A DNA stretch of 47,558 bases from a virus: the UHGV virus genome UHGV-1376407. One strand, given 5' to 3'. The notes beneath the pieces were generated by a model. The model did no database searches. It was given only the letters and a program-made list of their open reading frames with translations, and had not been told where the DNA came from. Position 1 is the first letter of the stretch, and every line of letters starts with the position of its first letter. A program made the position numbers and the translations under genes. Of the stretch, positions 27,120-36,377 are shown piece by piece.

Positions 27120-27372
27120 GCTTGCGCTCCAGCGCGTCCTGTTTGTAGTCGTCAGCGGTATAGAGGTGGCCGTTACGGGTGTTCCATATCTTGACTGCGC
27201 GATGCATGCCATCAATTGCTCCAGTCTCAATTCCGCATTTCATGCACATAACGTGCTGATAGACGTGGTCGCCTACAAGCCTTTCACCAGTTATCACCTC
27301 GTCAATCTCGCCGCAGTGAGCGCACTCCAGCAGCCCATCATCATTCATCATTGGTTTCATTTCGCCACCCAT
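27109..27372 (-). CDS. Lar-family restriction-alleviation-like zinc-finger protein
   Basis: CxxC...CxxC zinc ribbon (CAHCG...CMKCG) and C-terminal AVKIWNTRNGH, matching the Lar signature A..AWNrR. Confidence 0.5.
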   Translation of the reverse strand: MGGEMKPMMNDDGLLECAHCGEIDEVITGERLVGDHVYQHVMCMKCGIETGAIDGMHRAVKIWNTRNGHLYTADDYKQDALERKHGL

Positions 27373-27548
27373 TCACCAATATTACTGAAATGCGGGCGCC
27401 CTTCGCGCCATTCGATAATTTCGCGGTTAACCTGCCGTTGCATGCGGTTGCGAACCTCGCGCAATTCGCTTTCAACCCAGGCGCGAGTACGGTCAAGTTC
27501 TTCCAGCTTGTTCAGCAATTCTTTTTCATACACCTGATCAGTAGTCAT
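27357..27548 (-). CDS. hypothetical coiled-coil protein
   Basis: ORF in the early - cluster. Confidence 0.35.
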   Translation of the reverse strand: MTTDQVYEKELLNKLEELDRTRAWVESELREVRNRMQRQVNREIIEWREGRPHFSNIGEWVAK

Positions 27549-27631
27549 TTTTTCTCTCCATCAGCACTTTATAGTGAACGCCATAATATTTGAGCACCTG
27601 ACTATGGTTGTGCAGATACCCATCATCATCT

Positions 27632-27847
27632 TCAATCGGAAGTCTTACCACGATGTAAAACGCCCGGTAGAGTTCTGTCCATCCATGACAACATTTGCGC
27701 TTCCTCGGCTTCATGGGCGGCCTCCATAGCAGCCAGGTCAATGCGCTGCTCGATAGATTTAATGATTGACTCTGGCACATTAAGCATTTGCAGAGTCTCC
27801 CGGCAATCGCGCTTATGAACCTCCGTCACCTCCTGCCACTTCTTCAT
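27632..27847 (-). CDS. hypothetical protein (start moved to internal ATG 27847)
   Basis: Track ORF extends into the divergent promoter region. Internal Met gives a 72-aa product. Confidence 0.3.
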   Translation of the reverse strand: MKKWQEVTEVHKRDCRETLQMLNVPESIIKSIEQRIDLAAMEAAHEAEEAQMLSWMDRTLPGVLHRGKTSD

Positions 27848-27943
27848 TCCACACCACCTCTCATCATTATGGTACAATCTACAACACAGAGTATTGACTA
27901 ATTGACGTAGATTCGTCAAGATGATTTTCACAGGAGAGCGACA
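27848..27943. promoter_or_regulatory. divergent early promoter region with box elements on both strands (TTGACTAATTGACGTAGATTCGTCAAGATGATTTT on +; TGTTGTAGATTGTACCATAAT on -)
   Basis: TTGACG 27902-07 plus TAGATT 27908-13 on +. CATAAT and TAGATT hexamers on - at 27866-81. Confidence 0.45.
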
Positions 27944-28144
27944 ATGGCGAGACAACGCAAAGAACCACTGGAAGTATTGACTGAGATTATCGCTAAGCGC
28001 CAGCCGTTAAGCCTGCGAGATGTCAGATATTACGCGCACTGCTATGTAGCAATGCGGGAATGGAGCGCTGAAAAGATGTATGCGTTTGTGCGTGAGCACT
28101 TCAGCGTGGATGAGAAAAACAAGGTCACATTGAGAGGTGAGTGA
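27944..28144 (+). CDS. hypothetical early protein
   Basis: RBS AGGAGAG; first gene after the promoter. Confidence 0.45.
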   Translation: MARQRKEPLEVLTEIIAKRQPLSLRDVRYYAHCYVAMREWSAEKMYAFVREHFSVDEKNKVTLRGE

Positions 28145-28623
28145 TGAGATACAAATACCTGAAGGGAAGCGCTGATTATTTTAACGGCCATGAAGATGCC
28201 GTTCTTGCTGTTAAATCAGCAACCAGCGGAAAAATCTACTGGCTCAGTGCGGATTACGCAGGCCGCGCTGATGATATCGAAAGGGGTGGTGATATCGTTA
28301 TCGCATATCGTGAGCCAATGAATATCACGGAGGTGAGCGGGTCGATGCATTTTACAACCGCAACAGAAGCCCTTATCACCGAGCGCGGCACTCGCTACGG
28401 TAAATCCAAAGACGGCGCAGATATCATGCAGTCACTGAAGGATACCATGCGTGACGTTGATGGCTGGAATAACCTGACAGCGAGTCAGAAGGAAGCGCTC
28501 GACATGATTCAGCATAAAATTGGTCGCATCCTGAATGGCGACCCGACATACGACGATAGCTGGAAAGATATTGCTGGCTATGCAACATTAATTGTTAATG
28601 AACTGAACGGGGAAGTAAAATAA
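28141..28623 (+). CDS. hypothetical protein
   Basis: ATGA coupling to the upstream gene; 160 aa. Confidence 0.45.
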   Translation: MMRYKYLKGSADYFNGHEDAVLAVKSATSGKIYWLSADYAGRADDIERGGDIVIAYREPMNITEVSGSMHFTTATEALITERGTRYGKSKDGADIMQSLKDTMRDVDGWNNLTASQKEALDMIQHKIGRILNGDPTYDDSWKDIAGYATLIVNELNGEVK

Positions 28624-28985
28624 TGAGTCGTCTTCTGAAAAACATCGCATGGGATATCTTCCTGATTTGGCCACTGATTTACTTCGGTCTGTTTATGCAA
28701 AACGTGTATGCGTATAACATGGCTATGGCTTTTTTCTGGTTCATTAGTATTGGCGGCATCATAGTTTCCATCAGCACAATCGCATCTGATGACCTGCTAC
28801 AAAAGGCGGTAGCTAAATACAAAAAGCCGCTATGGATTCATAAAAAGTATGGGGCGATAACATCTTTCTGTGAAGTAGCAGTGATGTTTGCTCTCGGGTA
28901 TTTCTGGGTTGGTGGTTTTTGCGCTGCTGCGGTTATCCTTATGATGGCGATGAAAGAAAAGGTAACAGAGGAGGCAGAAAAGTGA
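28623..28985 (+). CDS. integral membrane protein (3-4 TM helices)
   Basis: TAATG coupling; hydrophobic segments throughout. Confidence 0.5.
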   Translation: MSRLLKNIAWDIFLIWPLIYFGLFMQNVYAYNMAMAFFWFISIGGIIVSISTIASDDLLQKAVAKYKKPLWIHKKYGAITSFCEVAVMFALGYFWVGGFCAAAVILMMAMKEKVTEEAEK

Positions 28986-29188
28986 ACGACCCCATACCAC
29001 GCATTGAAATTGATATGGTGGAATTTCACGAGCCAGCCACACGCGACTATCATATCCCGAGGCTCGGTGAGCCAGCAGCCTACATTATCACCAGTAACCG
29101 TGGCCGCCGCTATCTGGCGTTTGCTGGCAGTGTTGAGCATCAGAATGCAATCATGTTTGGGTACAAAATGGAGGCTCTTTATGCATAA
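28982..29188 (+). CDS. hypothetical protein (GTG start overlapping upstream stop as GTGA)
   Basis: Track ORF 28919..29188 overlaps the membrane gene. The in-frame GTG at 28982 gives a coupled 68-aa product. Confidence 0.35.
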   Translation: MNDPIPRIEIDMVEFHEPATRDYHIPRLGEPAAYIITSNRGRRYLAFAGSVEHQNAIMFGYKMEALYA

Positions 29189-29210
29189 CTCCGTGGAACT
29201 AATTTAAAAC

Positions 29211-29236
29211 AAGGCCCCATTACGGGGCTTTTTTAT
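29211..29236. terminator. bidirectional rho-independent terminator (AAGGCCCC-ATTA-CGGGGCTT + TTTTTATT)
   Basis: Hairpin between the convergent early + operon and the - lysis cassette. Confidence 0.75.
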
Positions 29237-29375
29237 TGCGCAGCCTTGCGTCGGTTTCTATTGAGCTTCTCCGCGCTACTGACCGAGTTGTTTTTATTAC
29301 CTCTCGCCAGTCAATATCTTTTCCACTATCGCCATCACGCAGCAATGCTTTCGCTTTCTTCATCTCGCCATTCAT
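29220..29375 (-). CDS. possible small basic protein (51 aa), ATGA-coupled to the Rz stop
   Basis: ATG overlapping the Rz stop with GAGGG RBS. Stop lies in the terminator stem. Speculative. Confidence 0.25.
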   Translation of the reverse strand: MNGEMKKAKALLRDGDSGKDIDWREVIKTTRSVARRSSIETDARLRNKKAP

Positions 29376-29860
29376 CGCTTAACCCTCAGAGAATTGTACT
29401 GCGCCTGACATGTCAATCCTGCTTCTCTTGCTGAGTCAGCATATTCTGCCAGTTGTCTGTTTCTTTCGACAGATTTGCTGAGCACGTCGGCAAGCAAAAC
29501 TCCGGTGTTTGAGGCTGGATTGCCAATGGACTCAGTTCTGGAGTAATCGACGAGCTGCTTTCTGATTGTGGCGAGCTGTTGCTGCAACCTGCCAGACTTA
29601 ACAGCAGCAGCGGAAGCATCAGCACGCGCGGCATCAATGCGGCCTTGCGCTTCCTGCTCGATGGTCTTTTTATCTTGCTCATGTTGTTCGCTTGCCTCTT
29701 TGTCTTTTACCTTCTGCGCCTCTACGGCGGCCAGATATCCAGAGTTATATTTCGCCTTCCCGTAATTGACCCACTTTCCGTAGATAATCAGCGCTAGCAG
29801 TGCTACGCCGATAATGGCCGCAACAACCTTCCAGTTAGCCTTGAGGATTTGCAGAATCAT
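29372..29860 (-). CDS. i-spanin (Rz-like): N-terminal TM anchor plus periplasmic coiled coil
   Basis: N-terminal TM VVAAIIGVALLALIIY, Ala/Gln/Glu-rich coiled coil, and an embedded Rz1 lipoprotein ORF in the +1 frame. Confidence 0.6.
   Translation of the reverse strand: MILQILKANWKVVAAIIGVALLALIIYGKWVNYGKAKYNSGYLAAVEAQKVKDKEASEQHEQDKKTIEQEAQGRIDAARADASAAAVKSGRLQQQLATIRKQLVDYSRTESIGNPASNTGVLLADVLSKSVERNRQLAEYADSAREAGLTCQAQYNSLRVKR
29413..29634 (-). CDS. o-spanin (Rz1-like) outer-membrane lipoprotein embedded within Rz
   Basis: Signal peptide with lipobox MPRVLMLPLLLLSLAGC. Pro/Ser-rich mature part, entirely inside the Rz coding region in another frame. Confidence 0.55.
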   Translation of the reverse strand: MPRVLMLPLLLLSLAGCSNSSPQSESSSSITPELSPLAIQPQTPEFCLPTCSANLSKETDNWQNMLTQQEKQD

Positions 29861-30080
29861 TTTTCAGCGCCTTAATCTCTTTCTTCATGCCGTGCATTTT
29901 TCCAAACAGCGAGGCAAGAAGGATGCTGTAGCTGATCGCCTTGACCGCAATAGGCGGAATGGCAGACTTGAGGTCTTCAGGCATGAAAGCCCATACGTGA
30001 ACCATGGCATCGGGCCAGAGCTGAATCAGCGAGCAGAATGACGCCCAAATGCCGATAAGCCAGTTACTGAGGCGCTTCAT
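29835..30080 (-). CDS. putative holin (two TM segments, charged C-terminus)
   Basis: 81 aa between the endolysin and Rz genes. Hydrophobic WLIGIWASFCSLIQLW and AIPPIAVKAISYSILLASLF. Confidence 0.45.
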   Translation of the reverse strand: MKRLSNWLIGIWASFCSLIQLWPDAMVHVWAFMPEDLKSAIPPIAVKAISYSILLASLFGKMHGMKKEIKALKNDSANPQG

Positions 30081-30514
30081 GACATGTATACCTCACGCTC
30101 GGCAGCGCGGCGCTTGGTGAGTCCATTCATGACCTTGCCGTTCGCACGATTCCACACCCTGAACTGGTCAGCAGCGCAGGTGTAACAGCGGGCGTTATGC
30201 TTCTTCAGAAGGGTAGATTTTCCGAAGTTGCCAAGGCCGATGTTATAGGCCAGCGACACCATTGCATCAAATTGGCCCTGAGTTGTTGGGGCAGTGACGA
30301 GTGACGAGACGCCGCTTTCAAATTTCGCTAGGTCTTTATCAAACCATGCGTCAGCCATTGCCTGCGTGACCTTCATTCCCGGCTTTACGTCGCTTCCGGT
30401 ATGACCGTATCCGGCGGTGTACGGAGCGCCTCCGGTTGCCGGGTCTGGGTAGACTGCAAGCACCAGGCCTTCGTGAGATTTAATTAAATTCTTTCCGCGC
30501 GTTGATAGTTTCAT
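30077..30514 (-). CDS. endolysin, GH24 lysozyme (T4 lysozyme-like muramidase)
   Basis: SHEGLVLAVYPDP...YTAGYGHTG catalytic Glu/Asp/Thr triad pattern. Adjacent holin-like and spanin genes. Confidence 0.8.
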   Translation of the reverse strand: MKLSTRGKNLIKSHEGLVLAVYPDPATGGAPYTAGYGHTGSDVKPGMKVTQAMADAWFDKDLAKFESGVSSLVTAPTTQGQFDAMVSLAYNIGLGNFGKSTLLKKHNARCYTCAADQFRVWNRANGKVMNGLTKRRAAEREVYMS

Positions 30515-30555
30515 TTGTTACCTCCGGTGATGCAGATTATTTTATCATAATCCTA

Positions 30556-30591
30556 TTGACGTAGATTGAATCGTAAGCGATGATGTAGATA
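30556..30591 (+). promoter_or_regulatory. box promoter TTGACGTAGATTGAATCGTAAGCGATGATGTAGATA (two boxes)
   Basis: TTGACG 30556-61. Second box TGATGTAGATA. Precedes RBS AGGAGAG and the 30613 gene. Confidence 0.5.
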
Positions 30592-30612
30592 CACAAACAC
30601 AGGAGAGTAAAA

Positions 30613-30903
30613 ATGAAAAAATTAATCGCAGTAGCAATTATCGCAATGGCTTCATTTGGCGCATCGGCCGGTGAGGTGTGCAACAAAGTTGGTGATGTCG
30701 GTTTCGCCGCGGCCGATGCTCGTGATTCCGGCGTACCTCAGAGCATAGCAATGGCGGTAGCACAAAGTCCTGAGTACGGCGTGGATGCCAACAAGGTGCT
30801 TGGCGCAACAGTGAAGATGGCCTACTCAATGCCGAACAAGACACCAAAAGAAATTAAGGCAATCACAATTGCACTTTGCGTATCAAGCATGGGTGACTTG
30901 TAA
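30613..30903 (+). CDS. small secreted protein with signal peptide (three Cys)
   Basis: MKKLIAVAIIAMASFGASAGEV signal peptide with AXA cleavage site. Confidence 0.5.
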   Translation: MKKLIAVAIIAMASFGASAGEVCNKVGDVGFAAADARDSGVPQSIAMAVAQSPEYGVDANKVLGATVKMAYSMPNKTPKEIKAITIALCVSSMGDL

Positions 30904-31034
30904 TGTGCCCTCGCCTGATGCTTGATGCCCGTAATCGCTACGTTAAGCTGGTGATGCGCGGCATGGATGAGCATGCAGCATGGCTGAATGTGATGGGTGA
31001 ACTGAAAAGCATTTATAACGGAGAGAAGAAATGA
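30903..31034 (+). CDS. small hypothetical protein (43 aa), TAATG and ATGA coupled
   Basis: Exactly fills the gap between flanking genes with overlapping start/stop. Not in the ORF track. Confidence 0.3.
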   Translation: MCPRLMLDARNRYVKLVMRGMDEHAAWLNVMGELKSIYNGEKK

Positions 31035-31939
31035 AGCTGATTGATATTTTGGTTGAAGAACTGCCGCCGCTTGGCGGTTGGCCGGAGGGTGTTTGCGAAA
31101 TCTCTACACATGCATCCGGACGAGTGTTCTTTGATGGTCGATTCGCTCCGCGGTGGCTTTCTTTACCTATGGCATCCGACGCATGGAACAAATATAAACA
31201 CCCGCGCAGTTACACAAATGCGGTCACCCGCGAACAGTACGAAGCCGCGTTGGCTGCCAGCAAGCACTGCGATCATAAGTGGATTCCAAGCGAGGGAAGA
31301 ACGCAGTCTGGTTATCTTTGCAGTAAATGTGGTAATTATGACGGCCCTGGTTATGACTGGATTGATTGGCCTGGTGGCGAATGCCCGGTACCGCGCGGCA
31401 CGCTGGTTTATGTTCGCTATCGTGATAGTCAAGCATACCCCGATAGAATTGGAACACCAGCACTGGTGGCCGGTGGGCATGGGGCAACTTATTATCACTG
31501 GTTACATGATGGGATGAGAAACGACATCATCTCCTACCGCCTGCACAAGCCGCAGGAAGCAGAGCAGGCCGAAGCTGATGACGAAGCCGACCTGAATGAG
31601 TGCATAGGTCAGGATGCTGCGCCGGTTTGGAATGGAGAAGGCGTGACACCTCCAGTTGGTTGCGTGTGCGAACGCTCATGGGCTGGCGATGAATGGCTAT
31701 CATGCAGGATACTTTTCGCAAGTGATCAAATTGTTGTCATTAAGCTGGAAGAGAGCGGCATAGAGGATGCCTACAATATTGGTGATGTAACATTCCGCCC
31801 AATCCGCACCGAAGCAGAGCGGAAGCGCGATGCTGCGGTAGATGCTTTTAATTGCTTGAGCCCAATAGAGTTATCAGGTGAGCTCGCATATGACGCCATC
31901 GCAGCAGGTAAAATCCCCGGAGTGAAGCTGGAGGGCTAG
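31031..31939 (+). CDS. hypothetical protein (302 aa, Cys-rich)
   Basis: ORF with ATGA coupling to the upstream small gene. Confidence 0.45.
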   Translation: MKLIDILVEELPPLGGWPEGVCEISTHASGRVFFDGRFAPRWLSLPMASDAWNKYKHPRSYTNAVTREQYEAALAASKHCDHKWIPSEGRTQSGYLCSKCGNYDGPGYDWIDWPGGECPVPRGTLVYVRYRDSQAYPDRIGTPALVAGGHGATYYHWLHDGMRNDIISYRLHKPQEAEQAEADDEADLNECIGQDAAPVWNGEGVTPPVGCVCERSWAGDEWLSCRILFASDQIVVIKLEESGIEDAYNIGDVTFRPIRTEAERKRDAAVDAFNCLSPIELSGELAYDAIAAGKIPGVKLEG

Positions 31940-31940
31940 A

Positions 31941-32132
31941 ATGAAGAAAGGTGCGAAAGATGCTTTGATTGCAACAATTGTTGTCATATTTATATTTGTC
32001 TCTGGATTTGCGATCGGCGAAAAATACGGATTTGATCGTGGGGTTGAGGTTAATCACGGAGATAAATGGGATTGTGCATACTCATATAACACTGGATTCC
32101 TGATGTGTTACAGAACCCCTAAATACAAATAA
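31941..32132 (+). CDS. small membrane protein (N-terminal TM)
   Basis: LIATIVVIFIFVSGFAIG hydrophobic helix. AT-rich. Confidence 0.4.
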   Translation: MKKGAKDALIATIVVIFIFVSGFAIGEKYGFDRGVEVNHGDKWDCAYSYNTGFLMCYRTPKYK

Positions 32133-32136
32133 GCAG

Positions 32137-32162
32137 AAGCCGCCATCAGGCGGCTTTCTTGT
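32137..32162. terminator. bidirectional hairpin terminator (AAGCCGCC-ATCA-GGCGGCTT) between convergent operons
   Basis: Stem-loop contains the stop codon of the - strand MuF-like gene. T-rich tails on both strands. Confidence 0.55.
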
Positions 32163-33207
32163 GTGTATCCTGCCATGCTTCACGTTGCTTATCGAGCCTT
32201 TCCTGCGTCTTCTCAAGTATAACTGGCTTACCATCCATCACCAGCGCCGGGGTTTGTGCACAGTGGCAGTTACGGCGGTTTGCCCCTTCGCTGTAGAACT
32301 CATCAATCTCTTCCGGGGTGTAATACTTCCCATGACGCGCGGCATGAGTGACGCGGGTGGTTTTCATTAGCGCCGACTGCCAGAGCATGATGGTGTCCAT
32401 ACCCAGCGTGACTTGCGCCTCTTTCACTTCGCGCCTGTTAGCCTCGCGCAGGGTGTTGGTGATTTCAGTCTGAGCAATGGAGCGCGCATAGCTCCTTGAT
32501 ACATCCATGCGGTTAACGATGTTTTGTTCAACCACTCCAGGAGCGTCGCCATTTGCAATGCCAGCAGTGATGACCTCTGCCACCTGTTGCCGCGTGTAAT
32601 CTGAAAGGCCGCCCCAATCGTTATACGTGCGAGTGTACGCAATCTGTAGCCGGTCGAGATACGGCTGAGAGTACAGGATTTCAGCAAGCGGCCTGCTGTC
32701 TTTGTATGCCGACGACAGGTCGCCAAGGTCTGAGTTTGCCTTCTGCGTACCGGCGTACATGGCGTCGCTGACATAGGATGATGCCCACAACCTTCCATGC
32801 GTGAAATCGTCACCTTCCAGCAACTGACCATCAAGAATGCGCTGAAGCTCATCAAAGAATGTCGATGCGCGGTAGGCGGAGAAATCATAATAATAATTTC
32901 CAGCCTCAGCATTGCCGGTCGCCACAGGAATCGTGCGGAACAGCCCGGCGACCTGCGATTTTAGCGTCACATATCTGGCGTCAACATCACGCACCATCTT
33001 ATTGACGCGACCCACTGCGCCTAGTGGGTCCGTCAGGCTCATGCTTAATTTTGGCTGCGGAAGCCGGGCATTAATTTTGAGGAGGCGCATCGGTCTGGCC
33101 CTGCTGTTTGCCCTGCTGCGATTGCCGTTCTTGCTGCTGACCTTCCTGCAATCCATCAGGAAGTTGCTCTTCCAGAGGCTCCATACCAACAATACCGCGC
33201 ATCTCAT
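32146..33207 (-). CDS. head morphogenesis protein, Mu F / SPP1 gp7-like
   Basis: C-terminal signature [18 protein letters not shown]...NCHCAQTP, matching the MuF D.rvRp.H..ldG...NCRC pattern. Follows the portal gene. True start probably an internal Met near 33090. Confidence 0.7.
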   Translation of the reverse strand: MRCAVLLVWSLWKSNFLMDCRKVSSKNGNRSRANSRARPMRLLKINARLPQPKLSMSLTDPLGAVGRVNKMVRDVDARYVTLKSQVAGLFRTIPVATGNAEAGNYYYDFSAYRASTFFDELQRILDGQLLEGDDFTHGRLWASSYVSDAMYAGTQKANSDLGDLSSAYKDSRPLAEILYSQPYLDRLQIAYTRTYNDWGGLSDYTRQQVAEVITAGIANGDAPGVVEQNIVNRMDVSRSYARSIAQTEITNTLREANRREVKEAQVTLGMDTIMLWQSALMKTTRVTHAARHGKYYTPEEIDEFYSEGANRRNCHCAQTPALVMDGKPVILEKTQERLDKQREAWQDTHKKAA

Positions 33208-34519
33208 CTGCGGTCATCAGGGCAAGCTGACCTGACTTAAATACAGCCTCGTTTGCGGTAGCAAGTTTAACCAGCAGGTCGGCCTTGTTCAGCTCGGAAG
33301 GCGCGAGCAGGTCATCCCATTTGCAGTAATAACCGCTCTCTGGCGCCTTATCCAGAATTCCAAAGGAAATCATCCGGTCGATGAATACCGAAATGATGTA
33401 ATCCAGCCAGTCCTCACGGCGCTGTTTAGCGCTCATGGCATCGTCGGTTTTATCCTCATTGGATGCGAGGCGGCCAGTCTGCTGGCCAAACAGGATGGTG
33501 AATGGTTTCTTAATGGATGCCGCAAACTGGTTGGCTGCAATAGTCCATGTCGGCCCTGGGTCGGCTGGCGTCACTGATAGCACTTTGACATCAGCGCCCA
33601 TCGTGAACATAGCTGCATCAATCGCCTCATTCAGGCGCGCCACGTCCTCATTGAGCACGTCCGCCAATTCCTCCATCGGAACGCCCATTTGCTGCGCCAG
33701 AGACTGAGCGGAGACGTTGTCTTTATTATAATTAACGTTTAGCTGTCGACTGGCATTCTTCAGGAAGCCCTCGGCGCTTGAGCCAGTGACTTTCGCCATG
33801 TCGATTAGGTGGTTATACCCGGAACGCAGAAGCGGAACGCCAGAGTAAATGGAGCCATCCATCGCACCCTCGGCAAATACGATAATGCGATCTGGATGAA
33901 TGCTCAGGGAGCGCGTTGGCTTGCCGTCGCTGTTGCAGGCGCCGACTACCGACTCCTGATATTCGTACATCTTCGGTTGACCATAGTCCTCGCTGGCTTC
34001 ATCATTTTCCCACTCACTAACGCGAAGCTGCTCTTCCCATGCCGGAATGTAACGGACAATGGCAGCATCCTTGATGCGTTTTGTTTTCGTGGTGTCTACC
34101 GGCTCATTCCACTGCTTTCCGTCTCGGATTTGCAGGATGAGGCCGGAATAGCGATTGATGAGGTTGCGGCGGTCTGCATCCTTGATGAATGGCGCAGCAC
34201 GCTTAAACAGCTTATTGGCGGCCTTCTCCCATGGGGTGCTTGCTTTATCATCGGCACCTTCCTGAAGGATTTGTGGCGGAGTCTGCCAGCACTTATCGAG
34301 TACGCGATTGACGCCAGCTGTTGCTGGTGCATAGCGCTCATAGGCATAGCGGAACATCTCGGCGGTGATTTCTTCAGGGTAGCCGCATTCGACATACAGT
34401 CGGGTATGCTTTTGGTCTATGTTTACACCGCTAAACTCCCGGCGCTGACGCTCGATGAGCCTGTTATTGTTCGCCACTCGCTGCTGAATATAGGCGTTTA
34501 CCGCCTCTAACTTTGACAT
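33071..34519 (-). CDS. portal protein (DUF1073-like portal family)
   Basis: 482 aa with acidic/Gln-rich C-terminus, immediately upstream of the MuF-like gene. Confidence 0.6.
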   Translation of the reverse strand: MSKLEAVNAYIQQRVANNNRLIERQRREFSGVNIDQKHTRLYVECGYPEEITAEMFRYAYERYAPATAGVNRVLDKCWQTPPQILQEGADDKASTPWEKAANKLFKRAAPFIKDADRRNLINRYSGLILQIRDGKQWNEPVDTTKTKRIKDAAIVRYIPAWEEQLRVSEWENDEASEDYGQPKMYEYQESVVGACNSDGKPTRSLSIHPDRIIVFAEGAMDGSIYSGVPLLRSGYNHLIDMAKVTGSSAEGFLKNASRQLNVNYNKDNVSAQSLAQQMGVPMEELADVLNEDVARLNEAIDAAMFTMGADVKVLSVTPADPGPTWTIAANQFAASIKKPFTILFGQQTGRLASNEDKTDDAMSAKQRREDWLDYIISVFIDRMISFGILDKAPESGYYCKWDDLLAPSELNKADLLVKLATANEAVFKSGQLALMTADEMRGIVGMEPLEEQLPDGLQEGQQQERQSQQGKQQGQTDAPPQN

Positions 34520-34568
34520 TTCGTCACCATAAAAAATCCCATCGTATGGATGGGATTATAGCATGGTA

Positions 34569-34769
34569 TCAGTCACCAAAGGCTCTCTCTTGAAGAGCCT
34601 GATCATTGTTATGGAATATAGCAAGCTCTATTCTATCCCCAAGAACTAAACCGCGACATTTGGCGTACAATTTATAGCGCTTTCCACTGAATCCAGGCTT
34701 AAACCATATCTCTTCAATCCACTTCCTGCAACCAACCGCCACATCATGAATCTCTTTTCTTGTCATCAC
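34569..34769 (-). CDS. hypothetical protein
   Basis: Small coupled ORF in the - strand block between terminase and portal genes. Confidence 0.35.
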   Translation of the reverse strand: MMTRKEIHDVAVGCRKWIEEIWFKPGFSGKRYKLYAKCRGLVLGDRIELAIFHNNDQALQERAFGD

Positions 34770-34987
34770 TTCACCTCATCATCAACCAGCGAACGTAACC
34801 ATGCTGGATATGACTTACCAGCAAGTTTATAGTCAACACTCTGGATGTAACGTGCAGCATCATTCAGCTTGTCGGAAATATAATAAAGTGACTTCCTTGC
34901 TCCAAGAAGCATGGCAGCGAATACCAGCATCACAATCAGGTGCGGGTTGATGATGCAGAACAGGATTGTTTTGACAGCTTTCATCAT
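34766..34987 (-). CDS. small membrane protein
   Basis: TM segment ILFCIINPHLIVMLVFAAMLL; ATGA coupling. Confidence 0.35.
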   Translation of the reverse strand: MMKAVKTILFCIINPHLIVMLVFAAMLLGARKSLYYISDKLNDAARYIQSVDYKLAGKSYPAWLRSLVDDEVK

Positions 34988-35172
34988 TCCACCTTTTCGA
35001 ATTTGTCTATTACGACTTTGATGCCTTGTGATGTTAAAGACGATACCATGTCATCCAGCCAGAAATTCTCTAGCGCAGCAACTGCGTCGGTGGCTACAAT
35101 CACTCCGCTTAACTTCTCTGCCACACAGCCATTATTGAGAAAGGCTTCCGCATGAATAAAGTAAATGCTCAT
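34984..35172 (-). CDS. hypothetical protein
   Basis: Coupled small ORF. Confidence 0.35.
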   Translation of the reverse strand: MSIYFIHAEAFLNNGCVAEKLSGVIVATDAVAALENFWLDDMVSSLTSQGIKVVIDKFEKVE

Positions 35173-35468
35173 TTGTCACCACCCTCGTTATTATAAACGC
35201 GCCACTTCCCGACCCCATACCAGCTGCCATATTTGCATCTGGTGCATTCAAATGTGCGACCAAAAATCTCATAGCAACCGACAAACATGCGAAAAAACCC
35301 CTTCAGCTTAACATCAGGATATTCCCTGGCAATTGCCTTGTACCACCTGACCATGCTTATAGCTTCTACTGCCGGGAAAACAAACCACACCCAAACAACA
35401 AGCAGGGCAAATATCGCCACAGCGATATTGGCAACCATCCCGCACCACCAGAGGTATTCGCTCATCAC
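35169..35468 (-). CDS. membrane protein (two TM), Cys-rich C-terminus
   Basis: Hydrophobic N-terminal half; CxxC pair near the C-terminus. Confidence 0.35.
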   Translation of the reverse strand: MMSEYLWWCGMVANIAVAIFALLVVWVWFVFPAVEAISMVRWYKAIAREYPDVKLKGFFRMFVGCYEIFGRTFECTRCKYGSWYGVGKWRVYNNEGGDK

Positions 35469-35647
35469 TCAATCTCCTCGCCATAAACCCAGCGTTGCAG
35501 GAATTCGATAAGCTGCGCGGCCTGATGTTTGTCGATGATTAACTTGTCATCTCTTCCGGTCCCATCATTTTGCTGCGAACAATGCAGCGCTCCGCTGTCG
35601 CTTAGAAACAACTTAACATCGTGAAAACATTCACCTTCAATAATCAT
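35465..35647 (-). CDS. hypothetical protein
   Basis: Coupled small ORF. Confidence 0.3.
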   Translation of the reverse strand: MIIEGECFHDVKLFLSDSGALHCSQQNDGTGRDDKLIIDKHQAAQLIEFLQRWVYGEEIE

Positions 35648-35655
35648 AAATCACC

Positions 35656-36075
35656 TCAACACATTTCGTTATTGGTTAACATAAAGGCGCGCATCCATTT
35701 ACCGACTGGCTTGCAAAGTTCTGCCTTGAGACGCTCAAGCGAACTTGTTATGTCACTCCATTCAGTAAACGGAACATATCGCACAAATCGGTAATCAGCC
35801 CCTGACCAGTGCCATCCAAGAGTGTAATCAACATATTTACCATCTGCCTGCATGTTGATGTAATGCGCTGTCACTGAGTCATCATTAATCATAACAACCT
35901 CAACCACGGCGGCGCTATTCCCTGCTCTTGCGCGATTTACCGCATTCAGATGACAGGCGTGATTGTACATGCCAACACCATCAATAAAACTAATATCAAT
36001 TTTTTTCGTGTACTTCTCCATTGCAGCTTTGCGCATCTTCATTTGCGGCTTTTTCTTTATCATCACCATCACCAA
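35656..36075 (-). CDS. hypothetical protein (start probably internal, around 36021-36063)
   Basis: ORF overlaps the upstream gene; several in-frame Met codons. Confidence 0.35.
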   Translation of the reverse strand: MVMVMIKKKPQMKMRKAAMEKYTKKIDISFIDGVGMYNHACHLNAVNRARAGNSAAVVEVVMINDDSVTAHYINMQADGKYVDYTLGWHWSGADYRFVRYVPFTEWSDITSSLERLKAELCKPVGKWMRAFMLTNNEMC

Positions 36076-36289
36076 TCAAATCAACATTCCGAAAGAAATC
36101 GTTAATCGTCTTCAGACCACTATAACCACGGCGTCGCTGCAACTCACACAGCACCTCATCATACATGCGCAGAAGGATAGCCTCATCAACATCATACCTT
36201 TCGCACAGCGCCTCATCCGACACGCCAGCTCTTGCGAGCGAGTATATTTTCTCCTTTTGCTCCCACGAAAAAGATGAGTATGCCTTCAT
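35996..36289 (-). CDS. hypothetical protein with HTH-like segment
   Basis: ARAGVSDEALCERYDVDEAILLRMYDE. First gene of a - operon at a divergent promoter. Confidence 0.35.
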   Translation of the reverse strand: MKAYSSFSWEQKEKIYSLARAGVSDEALCERYDVDEAILLRMYDEVLCELQRRRGYSGLKTINDFFRNVDLIGDGDDKEKAANEDAQSCNGEVHEKN

Positions 36290-36313
36290 GATGCCCCGGT
36301 GATGTAGTTATGT

Positions 36314-36342
36314 CAATGCGCCTTGACGTAGATTCTAGCATG
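36314..36342 (+). promoter_or_regulatory. box promoter (TTGACG -35, 17 bp, TAGATT -10); a third upstream box TGATGTAGTT at 36292-36301
   Basis: TTGACGTAGATTCTAGCATGGCGTAGATT. Confidence 0.6.
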
Positions 36343-36377
36343 GCGTAGATTAAAATGAAACCTCTAGGAGAAATCTT

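Noticed and set aside
29246-29434. Track ORF 29246..29434 (+), 62 aa, in the lysis/early convergent gap
   Set aside because: It overlaps the 3' end of Rz and the terminator on the opposite strand. Leu/Ser-rich shadow translation with no RBS. The gap is better explained by the terminator plus a possible - strand 51-aa ORF.
30515-30612. Leftward promoter for the lysis cassette
   Set aside because: Only weak candidates were found (TATGAT or TGATAAAAT near 30540-30552 on the - strand) with no convincing -35. They are not reported as a feature.
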